The notes beneath the pieces are model-generated. The model ran no database searches. It had not been told where the DNA came from and saw nothing but the letters and a program-made list of their open reading frames with translations. The position numbers and the translations under genes are program-made. A stretch of 49,447 bases of DNA, counting the filler, from Dimargaris cristalligena (Eukaryota): NCBI GenBank assembly GCA_003614675.1. It is 2 parts of 2 records of this genome, joined end to end, with 100 filler letters (N's around TTAATTAATTAA, not from the genome) between each part and the next. Parts side by side here need not be neighbours in the genome. Positions count along the whole stretch, not along the records: positions 24,782 to 49,447 come from ML002581.1; 1 more part is not named here. One strand, 5' to 3'. Below, piece by piece: positions 36,854 to 46,691 of the stretch (position 1 is the stretch's first letter; each line of letters starts with the position of its first letter).

Positions 36854-39060
36854 TCAGCGGTAGTACCCCCGCGGAGCTGGGAAGGGTGGCGGAGTCGGAT
36901 CAGGTGGTCCTGAGAAGACGCCTGGGGAGTAGTGGGGCGACAGGGTGGGGACGGGTAAATGGCCACCCGGATAGGGTGGCATAGGGGTACTATACCCGAT
37001 ATTGCTATTCATGCGGGTATTGACGAGATGGTTGGTCCCTCCCCCACCTCCCTCGCCAATCGCAAATACAGGGCCCAGCATTGGGACCCCCGGCCCACCC
37101 CCGCCCATTCCAGCATGGCGCATGGCCCCTGTTGGTGCGGGCGCGAACGCCGGCACGTGGTGTGGTGGGCCGTACGCCGGGTGTGATCGATCAGCGATAG
37201 GTCGTTGGATGGGATGGTGGGGGAAGTAGTGGGGCGTGTGGTTGTAATAATGCGCGGGCCGACTCTGCGAGTGCGAAGGGTGGTGGTGCGGATGGCCACC
37301 CCCGCCGAAGGGATAGGCCAGGGTAGACGTTGGGGGGGAGGAATGCAAGGGTGGTAGGTGGGGCGTGTGTTGGTGCGCCTTTTGGTAGTGATGCTGCTGC
37401 TGCTGATGGTGGTAGCTGTGGCTGTGGCTGTGGCTAGGGTGGGGGGGTTGGTGATGGGCATGATAAGCGTGGTGTGACGAAGTTTGATACGGTGCTGAAT
37501 GGTGGGCGTGGCCCAGGGGTCGCATCGTGGGTGGAACCAGGCGAGGCGATTGGGTATGGTGGCCTGAATGGGGGGGCTCCGATAGCCGGTTAGAGCTCCA
37601 AAGGGGCCGGCCATTCCCGGCCCCGCTATGAATAGCCTCACGCGGCGGTGGGGATTTTGGGCGAAGGCACTCGATTTCTAAAGGGGTGGAGATCACGGAC
37701 GTCGGTGTATTAAGGTACAGATAGGATGCCACGGCCAAGAGTTAATATAGGTGGTATTTCTAAAACGGAATTACGCCTGGGGAAGAATGGAGGGTGCGGT
37801 AAATATTAACATTCCATAAATATATGGAAATATATAATGATAGCCGAGTAATGCTACTGCTTCGGGGCCACTTACCTTTATCAAACCCTAACAGATGACC
37901 CGACGGCTCCTTGAAAAAATCGTGGTAAGTCTTGTAATCGAAATTAGAACTACTCAGCCCCAGGCCCGCCGTCACCCAACCGGGTCGTACATTATTATCT
38001 TCACCGAATAGGTAGAGTCGGCGGCGGCCCAGGCAGAAATGTTCAATAATATTAAGCAGTTCGTTGGGTTTGGCCGAGCTCCCCAGCGGAGGTTCATCGG
38101 CGATGATCACGTCAGTATCAATGTTACAATGGATGAAATGGGAGTCAGCACTCCGCCGGGCGGTGCCTCGAATTCCCATAAGGCAATGTTCTTTGGTGGG
38201 CTCCAGGACCGCATTCGACCTTGGCCTTACTGCCGACTAAGAAATAATATATGTGTATATATACGGACATAAATACCCCAGGAAAAATCAATACGATGGG
38301 TATATGTGAAGTGAGTAAAATGGAGAAATGGGTTAGTTGAATGGAATTAGTCACTCATCTCCAGGCCAAAATTATAATCAAGTGGATCTCAATGCCGTTG
38401 ATGATATTAATATATCACCATACTTACCTGACCTAACCGATTAGTCTTTACCCACACTATATCTTCACACCGTCGATATCCCCATTTCGTAAGCAGTTTA
38501 CGACCCAAATCCAGGCCCTCCCCGTCCCCCACCCATAGAAATATAAACGATGGGCTCGCAGCAATCTCCGGGATATTGAGGGCGGCGATTTCTTCGAAAG
38601 TCCAGTATGGGTCGCCCTTCTCTGGAGGCGTAGCGGGGGTGTTGGTGTCGGTGGGAGGGGTTGGGCAATCACCCCGAGCGTCGGCCTCGGGCACTGACTC
38701 AGAGGGCAAGGGTGGTGGCACTGGCGCTGTCAATCGGGGTTCGGGTTCGGGTTCCGGCGGCGGCGATCCGGGATCGGCCCGCGCTTTCCGATCGGCGTAT
38801 TCCTTCCAAGGTGGGTCAACGACAATCACGTCAAAAAACCGCTGCCCTAACGATGTCAGGGGAAATGTCTTCAGGTCAGTTCGAAGGGTCAGGGGTGGGG
38901 TGGCCCGCTGCCGAATTTGGGCGTCTTTACGCTGGAGCAGTTCCCGGAGTTTGGGGTATTCGATGAACCGTTCGTTATAGTCGGCGTCGGCCACGTAGTT
39001 TTGGGGCCGGGACCGGGTTGTCACAAAATGTTGAGCGTAGTCATTGCATATATTATCCAT
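36854..39060 (-). CDS. METTL14: m6A methyltransferase complex subunit, METTL14-like (MT-A70 family); exons 39060-38428, 38236-37876, 37677-36854
   Basis: METTL14 signatures NDYAQHFV...RPQN...RFIEYPKLREL, FDVIVVDPPW, KWGYRRCEDIVWVKTN, TKEHCLMGIRGT.RRS.D.HFIHCNIDTDVII, IIEHFCLGRRRL.LFG and EIECLRPKSPPP. Both introns are GTAAGT...TAG and phase-consistent. Confidence 0.93.
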
Positions 39061-39837
39061 CAAGCCAAAACCCGCCGAGGTTGGGGGAAATGAGATGGTG
39101 CGGTGGAGTGTGTGTGTAGTGAATTTGCCGGCAGGTGGGAGGGACAGAGTGTTCCAAGGTAGATGAAAAAAAAAATCGGTCGGAAAGAGAGAGAGGGTGG
39201 TGAACTGAAATGCAGTCCAATAATAATAATAGTACTGATAATTATATTGCAACAGAGTAGAAAACCTGGTAACAAGTCTTAAAAGGCATGTCCAGAGGAT
39301 AAAGGTAATGTTTAAACGAAACATATATTAGAGTTTAAAGTTGAATTCACCGGAACTGAGACCTCAGGAGATGAATCATGAAGGTGTAATGTAGCGTGAA
39401 TGGGTCTCTACCATTAATAGTAAGGCTAGCAAAAAGTTACGGGCGTTCGTTCAGTGACCAGCAGTCATTTAAATATTATCTTTCCTCCCCCGAATTAAAA
39501 TATTTTGAGTGCAATGGAATATATTTTGATCAACAGGCGGCGCGGTGGTCAGGTGCACTTCCCCACCTACCACCCAATTCCCTTTGTAATCCCCGGGGGC
39601 TATCACGAAAAGGGTGTGAGTTATGTCACCATTTTTTCCTTCACCAGGCTTATGGTATCCCGATATTGACGACTTTGAACCGACAAAAACGCATGTATTA
39701 AAAGGGGGGAATATACTATGGGGAAGCGCCGCAATTGATTGTTTAATCAGGAAGTAATTCCTGGGGAAGTGACTTGCCATTAGGAATTGTGGCAGTGTAA
39801 TGCAAGGCGCCAATCGGTGCCAACTATCAGTCACATC

Positions 39838-39983
39838 CATTTGGGTGAAATTCGGCCCAGCAATATAAGGGTTTGCATTATACGTGTATGGGAAAATACA
39901 TGGGGAATGAATTTTTAACTAGTAATATTGGCCGAATTTAATGGATTTTTCGTTATACAGCTTGGATGAACTTCTCCCATTTG
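39838..39983 (+). mobile_element. MITE copy D, TSD ATC
   Basis: CATTTGGGTGAAATTCGGCCCAG...CAGCTTGGATGAACTTCTCCCATTTG, flanked by ATC on both sides. Confidence 0.85.
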
Positions 39984-40665
39984 ATCACAGGCCATATTGA
40001 CCGGTATTAAACTATGAGGGCTCAGAGCCTCTAATCTAAACTGTTGTTATCAGTAGCCCCCCCCCTATTTATCAGCACCCATCCTATTGATATTGTACGT
40101 TAAGGACAGAATCATCGCCCCTCCCTACCTTATTATCTGGTTGCCTACACTCCACCCCATAGGGTTATAGACCTAATTGGAGTAATTATCTGGGGAGGAA
40201 TCAAGACTACCACAAAATTCGACAATGGTCCTGAATTCCCAGTATTCTCACGCATATGCAATTTAGTTTCAATTAAATCCGATTTTAATGAATTGTAGGC
40301 CTAGCCATGGGATCCTTGCCCGTGCTCCTCCAAGGGGTTCATATAAAAGGAGTTCCCTGTCGCTTTCAAGGAAGGGGCAGGATATCTTTCCCAGGCGCAG
40401 GTTAGTTCTAGAGGGAAGTGGCACCTCGTGAGACCACATCATGGTCATGAGTCTTCGGGTCAGGGGGGGGGAGATCGGTAGAATAGTAGTGTACTAACAT
40501 AAGTAACGTCTAACCGATTCCTCAATGAACTGCTTTAGCCATGCTCGGTCGAAGACCTACCTCCGGTTTCTACAATAATGGGTTGGCCCTGGCAATTATT
40601 TAACAATGTTTATAAATAACTCAATTGGTAAAATCCAAAGGGCAACCACCAGACAAAGTCCCCCT

Positions 40666-41685
40666 CTAGCATTGTTTAATATGTCTGTTATACAGGCATT
40701 TCTTGGTAAATAGCTGATGACAATTGGCACAGGTATACGGTGGGGGAGGGCCACTCTTCGGTTTCCGATGACTTCTCAGTGCATCCCGATCACAGAATTT
40801 ACCACCACAGTCCGAACACTGATACGCAAACTTAGTACAGTCCTGTAGCACATGGGTGGCTAGTTGGTGGGCATTAGAAAAGATGCGTTGGCAAGTGGGG
40901 CATAGGTTTTGTTTCAGGCAGGGGTTGGTTGCACAATGTCGACGGAAGTTGGTCTGGTGTTTAAAGCTGCGGTGACAGTGGGGACAGGTCCGCGGATTCC
41001 GGCAGGTCAGTCGGTGGCGGTTCAGGTAGCCCTGCGTACGGAATCGACCCTGGCAGTACTCGCAGAGTAAAGCAGCACTGGTATCATTGGCATCGTGGAG
41101 TCGAAGGTGCCGTTCATAACATTGGTTATCGCGGATGCGGCGGGGACAATAGGGGCACAGTTGGCTTAGGGAGGCTGTCTCGGGAGAGCTGCCATCACTT
41201 ACTCGAAAGTGGGAGAGCCGTGCGGCAGGTATAATAGGGCTATGGGCTGCACTTGTACCACGGCCCAGGATCTCCTCCCCCCTACCCGGTGGTTTGGGGC
41301 CGCTAGCTGTATGTCCCTCTGCCCTAGTATTGTCGCTCATTAGGGCGGTAGCCGACATCTTTCCGTCATCGGCAATTCCCAGTTCCAAAAAATTACCAAT
41401 CGGGTAGTCCGGACAAAAATGGTTCGGCGGAATAAGAGTAGGATCGAGTCCATGATGACCAAGTGAGTGAGAGGAAGGGTTCTGGAAGGCATTCCAGTCG
41501 AAATAATTGGAGGTGTCCTCCTGGCCCATCATTTCGAGGACCCAGTTAATATCGGGTAGCGTCGAATCAATTTGATCAAACTGCTCTTCCTGGCCTTTCC
41601 CAACCCCGAAGAAGTTGGTAGAGGCAGCCATGAGGGGTAGGGTGGCCAAAGCGATACTTAACAGCCCGATCCAGACACTTCTCAT
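40666..41685 (-). CDS. Signal-peptide-bearing protein with six tandem C2H2/C2HC-type zinc fingers
   Basis: Intronless 339-aa ORF; N-terminus MRSVWIGLLSIALATLPLMAAS; the C-terminal half has six C-x2-C-x12-H units, mostly with the conserved F and hydrophobic residues. Confidence 0.85.
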   Translation of the reverse strand: MRSVWIGLLSIALATLPLMAASTNFFGVGKGQEEQFDQIDSTLPDINWVLEMMGQEDTSNYFDWNAFQNPSSHSLGHHGLDPTLIPPNHFCPDYPIGNFLELGIADDGKMSATALMSDNTRAEGHTASGPKPPGRGEEILGRGTSAAHSPIIPAARLSHFRVSDGSSPETASLSQLCPYCPRRIRDNQCYERHLRLHDANDTSAALLCEYCQGRFRTQGYLNRHRLTCRNPRTCPHCHRSFKHQTNFRRHCATNPCLKQNLCPTCQRIFSNAHQLATHVLQDCTKFAYQCSDCGGKFCDRDALRSHRKPKSGPPPPYTCANCHQLFTKKCLYNRHIKQC

Positions 41686-41883
41686 GATTAATGGTTTGGC
41701 GAAGCAGCTTGAGGGAAGAGAAGGAATGCACAGTGTAATTTTAGGTCAACTAAGTGCACTATGATCTTCGAGTAAACAAAAGATAATAAAAACGGGACAA
41801 ATAGGGGGGACGAACGTCTAGACGAGAAAATAGGTCGGCATTATACTGGATAAATAAATGCCTAGGTTGCGAATTATATATAT

Positions 41884-42540
41884 TCACAGACATGGGTGTA
41901 CTGCACCTGGCTTTGGACCGACAGTGGCGATTGGCTTGCCTTGAGCAGTGTTTTGACCTGGTGATTCCACTCGATTATAGTCCCCAGCTACTAGCGATGG
42001 TATTCTACTTTGGGGCAGCATCTGCGTGTATGTGGTTTTACGGGTGACCGGGCATAGTAGGTTGGTACGTAGCTGGGACTGTACTGTATTCATCTCTTAT
42101 GGAGGGGTGTGGGTAGCACTATGTTTTAAAACAGGACGGGGACTACCCCCAAGCTATTTTGGTCAGAAGACCATTTTTCACCTTTTCCCAGTCCCCTCTA
42201 TCATTTGGTAGCCTCAAGGCATAACTTACCTCATTAGATGACCGGTAATAACCAATGAATTGTGGGGTTGGCTACCCTGCGGTACCCCTGTGCTGTATCA
42301 CCTGCACCCCAACTATAACAACCGTCTCAGCATTGTGCCAAACTACAGGTATAGCACATGGCCTCCAAAGACTTAACAATCCACAGAGTACCTTAATGGC
42401 GAAGTGGATTATTCTAAGCAGCCGATCATTATTAAATGGCGAAGTGGGTACGACCCCGCTGTACAAAAATGTCGGGAAGGTAGTTCGGTAAAACCTATCA
42501 TCAGACCAATATATCAACAAAGGAATCTGGGTGTGCCGAG
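41884..42540 (-). mobile_element. Possible degraded non-LTR retrotransposon AP-endonuclease fragment
   Basis: Broken minus-strand frames give, in order, IGFTEL, CGLLSL and SLVAGDYNRVESP, resembling LINE APE motifs (LQE/TE; GDFN). Short motifs only. Confidence 0.3.
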
Positions 42541-42856
42541 GAATTTGGATGTGGACTGTACCCCCCCCCCCCTGCGATTACACTAGGGGGTAAATGTAGA
42601 CTGTGTCTCGCCAATAGCCCGGCTAACGACTCCTCATACAATACCCCAGGGGTAGAGCTGCCTTTACAATCGCCAGCTAACCGGCCAAATTAATTGCCGC
42701 ATGGTCTTGGTTGGGGGGCATTTTGTTAAGAAAAAAATATGGCCTGGAACCCCAGCTTCAGTAAACTGGACCATTACTACATAGCTAAGTAGATCTTACC
42801 TTCTGACCAAGAACTTTACTGGTGTAGGGATTATGCGTTAGTAACAAATATTCGAT

Positions 42857-42999
42857 CATATTGGAGAGGTCTAATCCGGCTGTATAACGAAAAGGCCGAC
42901 TAATCAGGCAGGTATTACTTGTTAAAGTACCTATTATATATATTACCACACATTTATAATTTAAAGCTTTTCATTGTCGGCTTGAATTCCCCTCGTACG
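42857..42999 (-). mobile_element. MITE copy E (inverted, diverged), TSD GAT
   Basis: CATATTGGAGAGGTCTAATCCGGCTGTATAACGAAA...TGAATTCCCCTCGTACG, flanked by GAT on both sides. Confidence 0.7.
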
Positions 43000-43680
43000 G
43001 ATTGTGACACCTTGAGCCGAATCAACCTATTCGCCAACATTTAATAAATAGCCATCGTTACGAATGGCCTGTCTTTCAAACCCTGCTTTGATTTAGTTCG
43101 CCCACGCAATAGTCCATTAACTTTAATCCCCGCTTATCTATTTACATATTTTGATCTATTAGATACTAAAGTCTCATCAGCTCTGAAAACCGACCCAGTA
43201 TCAACCACGGTGGAATAACCCGTAGGGTATAAGACGCCGATTGTCCACTGGCAGTCAGGTCTATTTAGGTGGGATGGCCCATAAAAGAATATTTCCCCCG
43301 CCGCCCTGGGACTTTTTGCTTTTGCTTGTTTGTTTACGGTGTTCAGTCTGTTAGGTAGTGCATCGCCTAGTTATTCGTTGTTCCAAAACAATAGCCCGTT
43401 GCTGCTACTGGTCCAGGTCGAGGCGATCTTCCCTCTATTGTCCCATTCCTTCACGACCATATAGCCAACCCGCAGCGTGGGCGGAGTTACTTCAAACTCG
43501 GGTGCCATCGTCTTCTTAGTATTCGTGTGCTATAAATATATATATATATTTAATACTCCGGTATATAATAGAGCATTATTTTTTCTTTCGAATTGCATTT
43601 TCACTCTGTGGCTAGATTCTCTCCCCAACAGCCCGTTTGTACCCACCGCCCTCTCCCAATACCCCGCGTTCCTTTCGGTC

Positions 43681-46036
43681 ATGGCTGCCTGTGCCCATGC
43701 AACCATCAAGTTGGCCTTTAAGGAGGAATGCCACCGCTTCAATGTCCCTTGGGAATCGCTTACCGTGGAATTGCTCGCGGTTAAAGTAAGTAGAACGCGC
43801 TGGTCGCGAGGTATCCTTCAGGTACCGAGCCGAATCGCGTGCTTGGCCGTTTTTTTTTTGTAATCGACTCGGGTTTGAAAAATAGGTTCATGTTTATCCC
43901 AGCTCAATGGCAGACTTATATAATACCCCTAATTCTATTATACATTATCCCCGGCGATATTCTCCCTACTCCCCAATCCTGTAGGCCCGGGAACTGTACG
44001 GACTGGAAAAGCAGGATTTCACATTGGCCCACCGGGACCATGAAGGGGACATGATTACGATTTCCAACGCCGAGGAATTGGGTGAATTAAGTAGGTATTT
44101 GTTATGATGGTTGGCATGGTATACGTACGACGTACCCTCCCCCTCGCGGAGAAACAAGGGCTACACATCTACATTGGAGTACATGAGGTGGTCTTATTAA
44201 TCCCACGGACAATGTCGGCTTATTGTCCAATGCGACATTGTATTTTAACTGCATCTAGTCCGGGAAGATATCTCACCCACCAAGTCTTCCCTGCGCCTGC
44301 ATATTCGATTGAAGGATCCCGCGGCCCAGCCACCGTCCCTTTCCATCGAGGGATTGGGCCTAGATGAACCCAGTAAGTCATGAAATATAGTTTAGCGTAC
44401 GCGTATTTATCTAAATCAATTACCGTACTTTTCTGGCGCGACTAATTATTCATAACGGGTTAGAACCCTTAGATGTAGAGTTATTTCTAACTCCAGTACC
44501 TTCATCAAATTTTCATTTAAAATGTTTATTTATCGACTTGGGTCATTCCCTCAATTTCGCATGGCTAGTGAGCACTGACCTTATCAGTAATGTGGCCCGT
44601 GGCCGCTTTGGCAAAGAATTCAGCGAGGAAGAGATTATCAACATCTTGCGCGATATCAGTCTGTTCATTTCTACTCGAGGTGAGTTTCCGGGCCCCGGAA
44701 GTGGATTTGTGATTCTGTTTTTATATATATATATATTTTTACCTGTCCCACTTGCGAGATTTGATCCCTAGTTTCGGTTAGCGCTGAGTAGACCTGTGTT
44801 TCTATATAGCCGATCACCAGGCTTTGTTTGCCCTAACCCTGGTCTATTGCTAATCAGGTTCAGTAATATGCTTTTATTCACTATGCTCCCGCTTTAGATC
44901 TCGGTCCCGATATTCTATCGTCGGTAGCATCTGAAAAGAGTCTGATCAGTAAGTACTCCCCAATGGGGGACCAGGCATGCGATTTTAGTACCGTTTCCCA
45001 TATCAGCCGGAGATGGTGGCAGTCGGAGTAATAGTTGGATCATAAACATCTCCGCCTCCTAACAGCTAGTGATCTACTGTATTAAATGTGTTGTATTTAT
45101 AAAGCCCCTCAGAACGCCACACTGATCGAATCGAAGCCGAGGGCTCAGGTCGTCGCGTCCAAGTCCGACTTGGATAAGTGTGCCAAAGGTAATATATCCG
45201 TAACGTAGGACGGGGGCACCCAGCGGGACCATGTCATCGTTTTTGAAGACCACTGCCTATTGTTAAAATGGATGGGGCTACAAATGACCCTTCCACCACC
45301 ATCTTCCAGATGGTTTATTTTTGGTGGATATAAAGACTAACTCTAACGCTTAATCGGGCCAATGGTGGGTGGCACTAATAAATTGCACGGTAATATCTAG
45401 CCGGGCTCCCGGAATCCCATCACTCATTGGTTACCGCCTGGTCATTAGCCGAGGTGGCCGAATGGATTTCCGCCCAGGGTTACGAAGAGTACGCGCAAGC
45501 CATCCAAGGTAAGGCGGAGGAATATCCTTTTCTCCTTATATACCTCCTTATGCTTACCTATTACCCTCTATTTCCCGAAAATCAGACTACCGTCCATTCC
45601 GGGAGCTTCTTCTTTTTCTAACCCCCCCCTCCACTCTTCCTTCTTACTAAACCTTATTTGTTTGCAACTCGGAATGGTCGTACCTATCCAGATAATGATA
45701 TCACGGGCGATATCCTCGTCCAGTTGGACGATAATAACCTGAAGGACCTGGGGATTCAGTCCATCGGTAAACGCATCACGTTACTCAAGTCCATTCGCAA
45801 ACTCAAGGAACAGTGTGTCCTCGATTCGCTGGCCACTCGTCACTCCCAGGTAAACAACGCGAGCACACACCTGCTTGATTAGTTATTTGGCGGTTCCCCC
45901 GTGGTTAACTCCGACCAGCCTTTTCTGATACTGGCTCGGATCTTATTTATAGCCACTGACTTTAATTACCATTATTTTCTTCACACTTACACTCAATTCA
46001 CCGGTATAGGGCAAACTCGAGACACCTTCAACTTAA
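43681..46036 (+). CDS. PB1 + SAM domain adaptor protein; predicted exons 43681-43785, 43985-44081, 44259-44372, 44569-44679, 44898-44948, 45105-45188, 45401-45508, 45692-45849, 46010-46036
   Basis: Phase-consistent GT-AG exon chain. PB1: TIKLAFKEECHRF...FTLAHRDHEGDMITISNAEEL...LRLHI (OPCA motif). SAM: VTAWSLAEVAEWISAQGYEEYAQAIQDNDITGDILVQLDDNNLKDLGIQSIGKRITLLKSIRKL. Exon 6 and the last exon are less certain. Confidence 0.75.
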
Positions 46037-46691
46037 ATGGAATCTGCCCAAATGGTATCTACCCCCCCTCTTTATCTCTCTACAGGGTAGTTAAACTAGA
46101 CTACTGGGATGGACTGCGATTAATTTAATAATTTTTGTTCCTTTTGTGGCCCATCTTTTACCACTTTTTTTACATCTTAATATTGATCAATCGATCCTTT
46201 TACATACCTATGTTTCATTTTTTTTCTTTGTCTCGCGCCACATTGTATTTACCCAATATATTCGCACAATGATTGGTAACCTTTTTGTGTTTTATTCTTA
46301 CAACATTCTTATTATCGGGATCGAATTGCCTCGGGCTATAGTTTCTACTAAAGATTTTCCCTGGCTGGATTGGTCTTTTCAGTCATATATTAAAATTTGT
46401 TAATTTGAATAGATGGTGAGAGGAAAGGGGGGGAACAGCAAGCAACGAAAAAACTCAGGCATTTGAATCATTCAGTTCTCATCGATTCATTGGGAATAGT
46501 CAAGAAAAGCGAGACGATATCACCTAATGATCCCAAGGGAAGTGAAAAGGCGTTCACTATTGATACCGGCATTTTTGTTGGACGATAGCTGACTAAAAAA
46601 AAGGAAATTGAAAAACCAAGTATAAAACAACCTCAACTGATTTTTTTATATGTAGACCCACTCGATTAAGAAATAGGAATAGTGTAATGAG

